In this document: positions 14,294 through 27,924 of the stretch, piece after piece
Layout: every line of letters starts with the position of its first letter
How positions within the stretch are numbered: position 1 is the first letter of the stretch
NCBI GenBank assembly: GCA_951406725.2
Contig: OX597817.1
Location: 62,496,001 to 62,560,000 of the forward strand
Source: Octopus vulgaris
Taxonomy: Eukaryota
Reading direction: 5' to 3'
Length of the DNA: 64,000 nt
Position numbers and translations under genes: made by a program
The notes under the pieces: generated by a model
What the model saw: only the letters and a program-made list of their open reading frames with translations
What the model was told of the DNA's origin: nothing
Databases searched by the model: none

Positions 14294-15289
14294 CAAATTG
14301 CTACACACAGGCTACCGTCGTCGGATGGAAGGTCCTAGTGGATAATATTCGCATGAATTCACTGAGCCTATGAAAATATGAAAGAGAGAACCTCTTTCAT
14401 AGCACTCACTCATGTACACACGCACACACACACACACACGTAGTATTATATTATCGAATGTGATTTCATATCACGGACGGGCTGTTCCATTAATCGGATC
14501 AGCTGGAACCCTTGTCGTCGTAACTAACGGACTACCAGTTATTTGAACTACATTATACCTAGCAAATGTGTAAAACAATGTCTATTTTGCCGTTGCTGCT
14601 ACTGCAGTTATTGCTGTTGACGCTGCCATACAGCTAATAGAACAGATCTATTTTGTGTAAGCAGAAAGCCTTTTCATGTTGGTGTCACTATATATATGGC
14701 ACATGGGTCTCGTACCTTCCACCACACTGTACTGTTGATTAGCACCACTCTGTCACTGCCGGCGGCGCCGATAATGACGGTGATGATTATGGCGACAACG
14801 ACATTGATGATTATGATGACTCCGATGAAAAGGAAAAGGAAGACATTTTCCCGGAATACCTTTCTGACTTAATATATGTTTACATCTTACCCATTTGTAT
14901 AGTTCGAGCTAAACCTTCTCGTTTGTACAAAATTAGACGTTATTGAAAACAAAAATAAAACAAGAAATCTAAATTATTCTATGTGAAGGTGACCGAATTG
15001 TCACACGCTACTTAATTCTTCTCGTTACATTCTACTTAAACCGGTTCTTAAACCGTTACTCATTTGTGTTTCCAGTAGGATGTAATGATGCTTAACGTCA
15101 GCAGACATTTTGTTTTTCAGTGTTATAATGATCACTTTCTAATATTTCAGGAAAGGTTTGATTTCTCTTTGCTTTTTTGTTTTAGTTGACGTATTCAATC
15201 AGCTGAATCAACACCATTATATAACTGTTAGGTTATTATATTGTACAAGAAATAAATATGTAAAGCCGTTTGCTGAGAGAAACATGACA

Positions 15290-15988
15290 CGTTATACTAT
15301 TGTCCGACGTCCTATTGTCTTAGTACATTAGTACATTAGTATTTAGTATTGATTTGCGTGCGCTAAAGGGTTGGACGGCCAATTCTCGTAAATTAGATGT
15401 ATATGTTGTTTGAATGAAGCCTAATGAGATATTATTTATTTCATTATTGAGACAGACTGCATTTGAAGTCCGAATGTACGACAATGAAATTATACAAGAA
15501 GACTAAAGTATAAGACACTGTAGTAATTTGCTTCAAGCTTTGCTACGTGTGTAAGTGATATAAATGTTTGAAAATATTTCTGAACGATGTAGGTGAGAAA
15601 TGAGTCAGAATATGTTAGATAGCGTCCATAAATAGAAAAAAGATGAGAGAGTATAGTTTGAATCACCTTACATACGTTATTTAATGATTCTATAAATATT
15701 CGAGAAAGATTATCGCTTGGAATATTTTGGATCCTTCTATTCGTTGGATATACTGATTTCACGAAGACGGGATACGCACAACTGTCTTCACACGACGCAC
15801 TTCAAATTATTCCACTAAACATGATACTCCGATAAATACAATTCTCAAAGTTCTCAGCGACTTCCTACGATTTCCACGAACTCTCAACGATTCCTTCGAC
15901 CTCTCTCGCTCAACCAATATTCGTTATAAGCGTTCGGCTAGTCCATTCTTCCAAGCCCACAGGTGATTCATTCACTCTCTCCATAATA
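15290..15988 (-). mobile_element. Probable 3' LTR of a Gypsy element
   Basis: On minus strand a purine tract (agagggtgaga) precedes TATTATG; distal end TATAACG; both read as decayed TGTTAT...ATAACA; lies downstream of the integrase tail. Distal boundary uncertain. Confidence 0.5.
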
Positions 15989-16091
15989 TCTCACCCTCTG
16001 AGATTAGACTTCTTTGGAAGTTAATATTATCATTTTTATTTTCATTTCTTTTTTGATTCTCCCTTTTTTGAGATTTATTTCCTATGTAAGT

Positions 16092-16570
16092 TTAATATTT
16101 CTTCCGTTTAGGCACTACATCCAAACCTTCTATTTGTTTTCTCTCTCTTGTGCTGCTACGCCTAGGTTCGACTTCTTGTGGAGCTGAAACATCAAAGGTG
16201 TCGTAGAGTACTTCCATGGGTATCTCTTTTCTTTTTTCAGTATATTTATCTCTTAGCTGGTTTAAATGTCTTTTGTGTTCCCATTTTCGCCTCTTATCAT
16301 ATACGTCATTTTGCCTATTCTTTTCGTTACTACTCCCTCTTCCCAACCTTCTCTCCCATTTTTATATATTTTGAAAAACCCTTTGTCACCGATATTAAAA
16401 TACTTTGTCGTAATTTTAGTGTTTTCTCTATTTGTTTTTCTTACTGGCTGTCAAAAATTGATTTTATTTTTCGAGCAAACATTAGTTCTGCAAGTGACTT
16501 GCCTGAACAAGTGTTTTGGTAAAATGTTATCCTATAAACACTCAAGAATTGTGTCAATGCTGCGTAATCG
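16092..16570 (-). pseudogene. Gypsy (Mag-like) integrase C-terminal region, frameshifted
   Basis: [11 protein letters not shown]...GKSLAELMFARKIKSIFD...FNIGDK...WEEGVVTKRIGKMTY...KRHLNQLR...PRRSSTRERK, typical of Gypsy integrase tails. Confidence 0.8.
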
Positions 16571-16686
16571 GTACACACACACACACACACACACGCTCAC
16601 ACACAGATACACACAATCAGACAAGGATACAGGCAAGCATATACATATGTGAATATATGTGTGTCTATATAAATATGTATATATAA

Positions 16687-16763
<77 letters not shown>

Positions 16764-16894
16764 AATCTATATAGAATATGTATATATATATATATATATC
16801 CATGAATATATATGTGTATGTACATATATATATGCATATGTATACATATGTGTGTGTTCGCACGCGCGTGTGTGTGTGAATGTGTGTATTTTAT

Positions 16895-17350
16895 GTCAGG
16901 TCACTGAGAACATGTAACCCAGTCCAACCTGTTGCATGAGCGGGTTGTCTGCGACTAAACAGGCAACCCTGTGGAGCTGGCTTAGTGTGGAGGGTGACTG
17001 CTGGACACCATGCGAGACGAAATATAGGACCTGTCAAAGGGCGAAGGAACGCGTGTGTTTTTATATATCGTATCTATATTCTTAAATCTCATATCTTTTC
17101 ACATTTGCTATGCATTTATATATATATATGGGCCAAATGAAGGTGCTTAGCCGTGCTCAGGCAACCCACCTAGGAGAAGGAAAAGTCCTATACATAATCA
17201 AAGCTTGTGGTTGCTGATGGTCCCCTTAGATAGTGTACATTTACTTATTTATAGGCAGTCTGGGGTCCGTAGATTTTGAGCAACTAGGCTAGGAGAAGGC
17301 TACTATGATATCAAATCTGCGATCGATTTGGTATCTGGCACGTGGCACAC
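16895..17350 (+). mobile_element. Possible RTE-type LINE 5' UTR relics
   Basis: Repeated motif ggcaacccacctaggagaaggaaaa / gcaactaggctaggagaagg, which I recall from RTE 5' regions; no coding support. Confidence 0.3.
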
Positions 17351-17857
17351 TGAAAAATTACAGAAAGACTTCTCTTGATGGAGAGAATGTGCATTGTAGT
17401 GCACAAGCAATGACCATTGTATATATATATATATATATATGAGACGATTTTCTTTCAGTTTCTGTCTCTCAAATCCACTCTCAAAGTTTGGTCAGCATAT
17501 GTGACTACAGCAAATGTCATTTGCCCAATTTGCCCAAGATGCTATGCAGTAACTTAATATCTACAAATATGAATTTGTGTAATTAAATATGCATTAGCTT
17601 TGTATATAAAGATGTGCCGTTCAAATTGCTATGCATTTGCAATTTACTCTTAGCAGTGAAAGGTCCATCACATTTGACAGCTGTTAATAATCAAATTAAT
17701 TTTCGGTAATTACTTCGACCAAAATTCCAGTACAGTTGACTAAAATGGTTGGTAACATCTCTTATGGATTACTTAAAGTTTATGGCCAGTTATGTCTCAC
17801 AAAAAGGGAGCGTAGGTATATACTTCTATATTACATTGTGTTTTTTCATTTTTAATG

Positions 17858-18050
17858 TGGCGGGATAGTAGATTCGTTAGTACGCCGGTCAAAATGCTTC
17901 ACTTTCTGAGCTCAAATTCCACCGAGGTCGACTTTGCCTTTCATCCTTTCAGGGTCGCTAAAATATGTACCAGTTGAACATTGAGGTTGGTATACTCTAC
18001 TTATCACCCGACCCCCAAAATTGCTGCCCTTGTGCCAAATTTAGAAATTA
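17858..18050 (+). mobile_element. SINE family 2 copy
   Basis: ttctgagctcaaattccaccgaggtcgactttgcctttcatcctttc. Confidence 0.85.
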
Positions 18051-18104
18051 ATAATAAATTATGTTTCACACACACATGCGCGCGTGCTCACGCACACACA
18101 CACG

Positions 18105-18156
<52 letters not shown>

Positions 18157-18204
18157 CACACATACACACGTATATGTATATATAACATTATTTATGCAAA
18201 TGTA

Positions 18205-18612
18205 CAGGTGTGGATGTGTGGTGAGGAGGTTGTTCCCCAACCACATGGTTCCAGGTTTAGTCCCACTTTTAGTCACACCTTGGACATTTGACTTCTACTA
18301 TAGCCTCGGCCAAATAAGCCTTCTGAGAGGATTTGTTACGCGGAAACTGAAAGAAGCTCGTCGTATATATATATTTTTATGCTTCAATCTGTGTGTGTGT
18401 GTCTGTATTTGTCTCCCATCAACCCTTGACAATTAGTTTTCGTGTGTTTTTGTCCATGTAAATTAACGGCTCGGCAAAAGGGATGGATAGAATAAGTACT
18501 AGCTTTTACGAAGAAAAATAATTAATATTGAGTTCGATTCATTCGACTAAACATTCCTCAAGGCGGTGCCCCAGAATGGTTGCAGTCTAATGACCGAAAC
18601 GAGTAAAAGATA
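18205..18612 (+). mobile_element. SINE family 1 copy (diverged)
   Basis: Head and tail match 23450-23860. Confidence 0.8.
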
Positions 18613-18690
18613 AAACATATGATGCTATGATTTATATCGTATATTATATGTGTGTATATGTACATATGTTTATGCATATATATATATGTA

Positions 18691-18729
<39 letters not shown>

Positions 18730-18732
18730 TTA

Positions 18733-18861
18733 TTTATTTTATAGAAGGAGCTTCTACAGGACTAGAACTGTTTTATTCAAAAGAAATCATCAGGAAGCTT
18801 CCTGATGATTTGTTTTGAATGAAACAGTTCTAGTCTGTAAATTTCCTTCTATAAAATAAAT
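18733..18861. ncRNA. Head-to-head palindrome of two type I hammerhead ribozyme folds
   Basis: Minus 18799-18749: AGCUUC-CUGAUGA-uUUC UUUU GAAu-AAAA-CAG(loop)CUG-UA-GAAGCU; plus 18796-18839: same fold with GAAA intact but the 3' strand of stem I decayed. Confidence 0.7.
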
Positions 18862-19008
18862 TAATTTACTCTGCTATGTATTGAGTACCTTATTTACTGT
18901 GGTTAACCCCAACTCAACCCGGGACCTACATATATATATATATATATATACAAAATATGGGGATTTAGTTCACAAGTGATCTAAACGATTGGGTACGCAA
19001 GGTAACTG

Positions 19009-19548
<540 letters not shown>

Positions 19549-19758
19549 TCAAATTATTTACATCAAATTCAAATTATTTACATCAAAATGGTGTTTTTTA
19601 TTCTATGAAAAGCCCTATTTTTTACGATTTTTTGCCTGCTGTGTCGCCATTTTTCAATGTATTTCAACCAGAACATTTTTCACTTAAAGAGAATAACAAG
19701 ATACATAATGCAAAATTTTACTTTTCAAAAATTCCAATTCTAAAGGGCGATACTGCTA

Positions 19759-19838
<80 letters not shown>

Positions 19839-19917
19839 GTGTATGTGCCTGTGTATGGGTGTCAGTATGTGTATGTGCGTGCGTGCATATATGTATAACT
19901 GCCTGTATGTTTACACA

Positions 19918-20480
19918 CAATTATCTATATAGGAAGAATCGTTACTTGCACTGTGTGCAGCGAGATCTGAATCGGATATTTTCATATCGATTCTTAATAC
20001 GTCCAGGCAGGTTCGAACGCAAAATATACTGCTCGCAATAGTGTACGTCAGCGTCAAACAACTTTTCATTTTTACGACAAAAGATTGTTTTCACAAAACA
20101 CTAGACTTTTTGGTACATGGGTTTCTAGGATACGATGTTTCGATACTTTGTAACTCGGCTTCCAACTTAAACGCGCTACTGGTTTCTTTATACTTTCAGT
20201 AAACAGTTTGCCGATCGGGGCGTTTATCAGCCAACCGACAACTAATCGTCTAGTGGGTTGTTTAGGCTCAAAGCCTCGGTGATTTCTGATTTACAGGACG
20301 TAACATGTCGAAACATTCGTGTCCCAGAATCCCCTGCGCCAAGGCGCAAAGTGAGCTACGTACACTCTGTCGTCATAAAACGGAGTTGTTCTACTATGAA
20401 ATACAAGTTATACACTAGATTGCGTTCGAACCTGCCCGGACGTATCAAACAAAAATATGCAAATAATCGTATATAATTGT
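19918..20480. mobile_element. Non-coding cassette with subterminal inverted repeats between TA/TG tracts
   Basis: atacgtccaggcaggttcgaacgcaa (19997-20022) versus ttgcgttcgaacctgcccggacgtat (20419-20444); HHR-like fold at 20281-20331. Confidence 0.6.
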
Positions 20481-20483
20481 TTG

Positions 20484-20571
<88 letters not shown>

Positions 20572-20663
20572 TGTATGTATATGAATATATGCGTGTGTGT
20601 GTGTGTTTTGTTGTGCTTCGTGTGTGGGCATATATATGCATGTAGGTGTATGTGTGTATATAT

Positions 20664-21513
20664 ACTCTTTCATTCTTTTATTTGTTTCAGTCATTTTGAC
20701 TGCGGCCATGCCAGAGCACCGCCTTTAATCGAACAAATTGACCCCAGGACTTTTTTTTTGTAAGCCTAGTACTCATTCTATCTGTCAACTTTTGCCGAAC
20801 CGTTAAGTTGTAGGGACACAAAAACACAAACATCAGTCCTCAAGCGACACACATACATACATATATGCATATATATATATATATATATATAATTTAGAGA
20901 CGAACCGCTATCTAGTTATTCCATCAATAGTGAAAAAATATCTATAATAACCACATAGAAATTAATTAAATATCTTATAATCATCATTCTAAAAATCTCA
21001 TAACAAATCAAGCGTTAAATTGATTACACGCTTCATGACTAAATATATAAATCAATAATATTAAAAGTTAATATTAATTTAATTTAAAAATATATAGCCA
21101 CTCTTCAGGTAAAGAAAAATAAATAAATTAAGATATAATAAAACAATAAATATATAAATATATTTATATTAACAGTAAATAATTCAATAAAATTTAACAG
21201 CGATCATGTTGAGGCACAGCTTCAAAGGGATGTAGTCGAACAAATGGACCACAAGACTTACTTTTTTAAAGCCTAGTACTCATTCTATTTTTTTTATGTA
21301 TGTGTATATAGATACATACATATATATTAATAATATCAATATATATACGACGGGCTTCTTTCAGTGTCCGTCTACCAAATCCACTCACAAGGCTTTGGTC
21401 GGCAGGAGTCTATAGTAGAAAACACTTGCCAAAGTTGCCGTGCAGTGTCACTGAACCCGTAACCATGTGGTTGACTAGCAAGCTACTTACCATACAGCAG
21501 CCACTCATGCGCC
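20664..21513 (-). mobile_element. SINE family 1 pieces (20664-20846 and 21199-21513) flanking an AT-rich PLE-type terminal fragment (20890-21195)
   Basis: SINE consensus matches; 20891-20940 is homologous to 60059-60105. Confidence 0.75.
21022..21112 (-). ncRNA. Decayed HHR with long AU-rich stem II
   Basis: CUGAAGA (21108-21102), stem II closed by UGGCUA/UAGUCA (~65 nt hairpin), GAAG in place of GAAA, then CGUGUA. Confidence 0.5.
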
Positions 21514-22367
21514 AATATATATATATATATATATTCAATAATTATGTGTGTATGCGTGTGTATGTATGCGAACGTGTGCGCGTGCACATTGTATGAGTAA
21601 CCTGGGAAAAGCATCGACCGTAATTTATAAATAGGGTGTATGCATTTCGATGTCTAGAATTGTATAACCTTTTGTAAACGAGTTATAAAATCTTATACAT
21701 GTCAAATTAAACACTATAAAATATGGAATGATATATTATATCAAGTGTCTCGGCTTTGTTGTCTTCGTTATTTCGGATAGCTTTGCAGTTTTCTCCGTAT
21801 CCATTTCCCAACATATTAATGTTTTTAATAAATAATATTTATTGACTAGTACGTTGCAGTTTCTGACATATTAGTCCTTTGATTCATTATACATAAGGAG
21901 CAAAGTAACATTGAAACGGAAAACGCGTTCTGATATTGTTTCCATTGCTTACAACTTTTCATAAATGAAATGCACGCAATTTAATGAAGATATTCGTTGC
22001 GTGCAGCAGCAGTTAAACCAATGTTCTGACTGCTTACTCTCTCGAATCATGTCCCATAACGATTTTGATCCCCAAGTTAATGCGTATTTATTGCGAGTTA
22101 AGAAAAACCAGAATATTTGTCTATAGAATTATCTCTTGTACCATTTAAGTTAATTTATTATGGAAAGAAGCCCATAAATACGAAGAATAACTCAAAAGCT
22201 TGTACCTGGAATATTTGTTTCTCATATAAATCCAAGATAATTATGGACTTTTTGTGAATTAGTTTTTGAAATTGTCATTTTTTTTGCCTAGTACTAATTC
22301 TATTTATTGATGTATGTGTATATACATACATTCATACACATACATACATACACGCACACACGCATAG

Positions 22368-22451
<84 letters not shown>

Positions 22452-22497
22452 ATATATATTCATATGTATATATGTATGTATGTATATATATATATGT

Positions 22498-22538
<41 letters not shown>

Positions 22539-23205
22539 CATACGTACATACATACATACATATATGCTTACATAATTAAGGATAAAATCAACAGTGGTCA
22601 GCATGTAAAAAGCCATATAGGTAAAAATTAATATGTAAATAGTTATATAGATATAATTAAGGGTAGTGAGAAACCAGCTGCATGCTAGAGATAGATGTCA
22701 AATACTTTAAAATCCAATATATTATATCTATATAATTATGCCATGATAGATCTCTAGCCACAAAACCTTTTTGTTTTGTTTTCTCTCCCTGTTTATTTCT
22801 GTGTTCCTTTCTGTCGAAGAGCATATGCTCAAAACTTAAAAGACTTTCTCACTTTCCGAGCGTTAAATACATCTTTTTGTTGTTTACACACCCGTCTTCG
22901 TCTTTTGTTGGGTTTTGTTTTGTAAATTCTCAATATATATATATATACATTGTTTGTTACCCATTCAGTTTTTTAAGTGCTAGCCTCTGATAAGATCATT
23001 AATTTATTTTATCTTTAATTATGTATGCATATATTTATTTATTCACTCTGATCCTGATATCTACTGCTGTAGTATCTTGAGCAAACAAGCATGTGCTTGA
23101 AATGAATAATCAGATTTGCTTCGTATATACTTGTGAATATCAGTACATATATGCATGTATTCGTATGGATATGTATATATATTTACATTTATATAATTTC
23201 GGTAT

Positions 23206-23265
23206 ATTCTACTGATGAAGGTAAAGTAATTATATTACTAAACCAGAAATCGTACTGTCTAGAAT
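23206..23265 (+). ncRNA. Type I hammerhead ribozyme with intact core
   Basis: AUUCUA / CUGAUGA / a-GGU-aa-AGUAAU-uau-AUUACU-aa-ACC-a / GAAA / U-cguacu-G / UC / UAGAAU: 6 bp stem I, full conserved core, GUC triplet at 23257-23259. Confidence 0.75.
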
Positions 23266-23404
23266 TAACCTCAAATTTTTTTTTTACTAAATCTCTTTTA
23301 TTCATTTTCCCGTTATCAACTTTGTGCTATTTGAGTGCATTTTGAAGTTCTTTTTAGATCCATTTGACGTCTATCTCTAGTATGTAGGTGCTGTTTCTCA
23401 GTAC

Positions 23405-23449
<45 letters not shown>

Positions 23450-23451
<2 letters not shown>

Positions 23452-23620
23452 CACAGGAGTGGCTGTGTGGTAAGTAGCTTGCTTACCAACCACATGGTTC
23501 CGGGTTCAGTCCCACTGCGTGGCATCTTGGGCGATTGTCTTCTGCTATAGCCCCGGGCCGACCGATGCCTTGTGAGTGGATTTGGTAGATGGAAACTGAA
23601 AGAAGCCTGTCGTATATATG

Positions 23621-23659
<39 letters not shown>

Positions 23660-23860
23660 TTGTGTTCTGTGTTTGTCCCCCTGGCATTGCTTGACAACCG
23701 ATACTGGTGTGTTTACGTCCCCGTTACTTAGCGGTTCGGCAAAAGAGACCGATAGAATAAGTACTGGGCTTACAAAGAATAAGTCCCGGGGTCGATTTGC
23801 TCGACTAAAGGCGGTGCTCCAGCATGGCTGCAGTCAAATGACTGAAACAAGTAAAAGAGT
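23450..23860 (+). mobile_element. SINE family 1, near full length
   Basis: A-box-like tggctgtgtggt, B-box-like gggttcagtcc, internal microsatellite, tail ggcggtgctccagcatggctgcagtcaaatgactgaaacaagtaaaag; inverted partial copy follows at 23880-24022. Confidence 0.92.
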
Positions 23861-24899
23861 ATATATACACGTATATATATACGACGAGCTTCTTTCAGTT
23901 TCCGTCTACGAAATCCACTCACGTTCAGCCCGAGGCTGTAGTAGAAGACACTTGCCCGAGAATCCACGCAGTGGGCCTGAACCCAGAAACATGTGGTTTG
24001 GAAGCAAGCTTGTTACCACACCACACATATTGTCATACATAACTATATGAAACATCTTGATGATTTTGATATTCCACGAACATAGAAACAGGTCATCATT
24101 CGTTAAAATTAACCAAGATTATTTCCACTTTTGTTAGTTACCTGCTACAATTTCTAATAATATTTCATCAAAACGATGATTTTCTGACACATTTCTACTC
24201 AATTTGCTGAGCATATTCAAAACATGCTTTAACTATGAAGATAATACGACTTGAAGGTCAGTATCCCATAGTCTATTCAAACTGATGGCATTGTGATTCT
24301 AAAATACAGGTCTTTTTTTACTAAGTATCATTATTGGAGTTGTTTTTTCTGTGCTATCCAAACAGATATCTGTTGCCAGTATACACTGGTACTTATGTTT
24401 GTAGCACTTGTCTATATATAGATGGGAAGATATTTAACTGGCACTGCAGAAATGGGGCCACTTGAAACGGAACATATGTATTCTGTAAATATTAATATTA
24501 AAAGAGCAAGTGTGAAGGAAACAAACCTAGTTATAATCCATCACTGATATCTCACAGACCAAATAATGTCGGAAAATATCATTTATCCGTGAGCATGAGG
24601 AGACGAATAAGTGAAGATACTTGTTTATTAATAAGTTAGATTTCGAAAACTATACTTACAGTATATTTGAAAAATATAGATGACTGTCTTTGCACTAGGG
24701 ACCAAAAAGTAAACAGTGAATATATTTGCCAACCATTTGATGACTCATATCAATATGACTGAAATCGAGAAGTCGTTGCTTTTGCTGTTTAATGTAATCC
24801 CAGTACTGATCGTGTAGACAAATGATATAAGTTTATCTCCACTTCTTCTCATGTATATCTCTAGTAAGTATATTGATCTGTTTACTATATACTCTATCT

Positions 24900-25400
24900 C
24901 ATTGGTTGCTATATTTTCTACATCAATTTTATTTTCTGCGCTTATCTGCTTTTCCTAACTTCATCTCACATATATCCCTGCTAAGTATACTGTATCTATT
25001 ATATTTCCAAGCCCTTTTATTTTCTGATATGTACACATCTATGAACACGGTTTCCTTGATATAACCCACAGAACATCTGTTAATACCTCTCTATTCTAAC
25101 AAGCTTATATTTTGGTCAGCGAATAAACATTAGATAATTCCTAAACACTACGAATACGCATGTATTCCTCTCCTTAATAATATATTCTCTGTTTAGCTTC
25201 ATGTCAAAGACCAGCCTCACCTTTTCAGTAACTTTGGATTCTTTTTCCTTTCCCTTCCCTTTCAAAATGTCACTCTACAGCATACCGAAATATTTATATC
25301 TCCCACATCTCCCCAAATCCCTTCTCCAGTAATCCTGTTACATTGTCATCTCTAATTCTTCGACACGTTCCCCGTCCCCCGTTCAATTCACTCATTGCAA
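24900..25400 (-). pseudogene. Highly decayed non-LTR RT thumb region (R4/Dong-like)
   Basis: Minus strand YKYFGML*SDI...KVRLVFDMKLNREYIIKERNTCVFVVFRNY resembles YKYLG...ILKSKLN..N.I.AINT.AV.V.RY. Confidence 0.35.
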
Positions 25401-26431
25401 TCATATCACTATATTTGTCAATACCTCCCAATATATCAACGGAAACCCAATGCTTTCTCTAAACATAGTAAAAATTTATTGTTCATTGTTTTTGTTGATT
25501 TTGCTGTTGTTCGTATTGCTGTTCTTGTTCTTGTTCTTATTGTTGTACTGTTCAGTTGCTGACGTTGTAGTTGTTGTTTCATTGTTGACTTGCGCTCTTG
25601 TTGCTGTTGTCGCTGTTGTTCGATTCATCTCTGAAAGATGTGTCACGAAGTCCTGTGTGACTTATCATAAAAGTGGATTTTCTATTGCATAAATTAGAAT
25701 CGTTTCATAAATAATTGCTTATATAACACGAAAGAGGAACACAACAAGAAACAGGTAGAGGAGACGAGGGACACAAAAAGACATCATTATTTGTAATATA
25801 GCGTTTCCATTTAAGAGAGGACATTTTTCGCATTTGTTATTTGCTTTTGTTGTGGCCATAGAAACACATTCCAGCATCTTTTCGGCATACCTGCAATGGT
25901 TCCGATAGAAGAAACTTTTATTATGATGGTAATGAAGTCCCTTCACCATAGAAATGCTTAGGAAAGTAGAATGGTTTATGGATTGGGAATTCTGGCCCCA
26001 ATAACATCAGGAATTTTTGCATTAACAACATCAACGGCAAAATGATATATAAACAACATTCAGAAGAAAAGAAAAAGGACACCGTCTATGACATATGGTG
26101 ATCGTGATGATGATGATGCTCATCATCATCATTATAATCATCACCGTCATCACATTTAGTTTATTGACATCCACAATGAATACATACAAGAACCTTCTTC
26201 ATATTAAAAAAGGGGTAAGCATGTAATTCTATACACACATATATATCTATTTATTTGCGTTCATGTCTGTGTTTCTGGGGGTTTTTGTGTGTGTGTGTGT
26301 GTGTGTTTTTCAATGGCTTACAATCATCTTCCACGCTGCAATTGTTTTTGTTTCAGCACACGATCTCAGATCAGATCGTGTCACCTGTGTCAGATCTTTT
26401 GTTGCTCGACCGGTATCACAGGTGAACTTTA

Positions 26432-27565
26432 TCCAGGACAGACACCAGCTGGCAGACCAAATTTAACTTACAGATTATTTAACATGAAATTTAGGAATCT
26501 CTTCTATGATATTTTGGAGAAGAATGTTTTGGGAGAAGTTTCAAGGTATATGTAGACTATACAGTTTCAAAAGCGTGGACTACCCCAGTGTCATATGTTG
26601 CTCATATTAAAAACGAATCCAGAATATTATGATAAATTTGTTTATGCAGAACTTCCAAATCCACCAATGCAGTCAATTCTGTTTCAACATGCCACCAAAA
26701 ACATGCTACATGGTCTATGTGGAAGAGATAAACCCGATGTAACGTGCATGGTTGATGGGAAATGTAAAAAACATTTCCCTAAAGACTTTAAAGAAAATAC
26801 GTTACAGAGTTATAATGGCTATCCACTTTACCGACGTCGAAATAATGGTTTTACATTTACAAAGTCTAATGTTGAATTAGATAATCGTTCAGTATTGCCA
26901 TATCCCTCCTCCTTTTTAATCAAATATGGAGGTCATTGTAATGTAGAGATATGTGGATCTGTAAAATCAATATTTGTGGACAAACCAATGCACGACAAAC
27001 GCACAAACATGAAATTGAAAATTATATCAATGGCTGCTATGTGTCCTCATCAGAGTCAGTCTGGGGGAATTTAGGGTTCAAATTACATGGTCCATATCCT
27101 GCAGTCCAATAACTTACAGTTTATTTACCTCAACAGAAATACATTTACTTTAATGTTATCCACACACGTTACAGGTCCACTCTCACTGAATGGATGCGAG
27201 TTAACCGGGAATCACCAGCTAGCTTGTTTGCATATACATTACACTATACTGATTTCCCCGAATTTTACACATGGAATAATAGTGAAAAAATATGGCATTT
27301 CAGAAAAAATAATACACACTCAATTGGGCGTACCAACTTTGTTTCACCAAAGGAACAAGAGCGATTCTATCTGAAAGCTTTACTATATCTTATTCCAGGA
27401 ACTATATCATTTGAAGATATGGGGACTATTAATGGTGTAGTTTGGTATAGTTACAAAGAGGTTGCAATGAAACTGGTTTTAGCACATGATCACCGTGAAT
27501 ACAATCGGACTATGGAGTTTGTAAATATTTCAGTTACTCTATATCAGATGCGAATACTTTTCTGC
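26432..27565 (+). pseudogene. Helitron Rep (HUH) domain relic
   Basis: PGQTPAGRPNLTYRLF...IQFQKRGLPQCHMLL (motif 2, EFQKRGLPHxH), MLHGLCG, KCKKHFPK, GYPLYRRR, LDNRSVLPY, HCNVEIC, ERFYLKALL...SFED; stops, frameshifts and loss of the catalytic YxxKY segment. Confidence 0.92.
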
Positions 27566-27669
27566 TCCAATTTTAATTACTGCACTCTAATGTATACTTA
27601 TGTATATAAATATTACACAAATATATAATACAATGCAAAATACGCTCTCCTAAAGATAGCATGTTCGCA

Positions 27670-27711
<42 letters not shown>

Positions 27712-27890
27712 AATGTATGTGTGTGTGTGTATGTATATATATATATAAGCATATATATTCTATATTCTATATATATATGTATATGTACATGTATACATAT
27801 ATATTATATATATATATATATACACATACATACATACATACATACATACATACATACATACATACATTCATACATACATACATACATACA

Positions 27891-27924
<34 letters not shown>

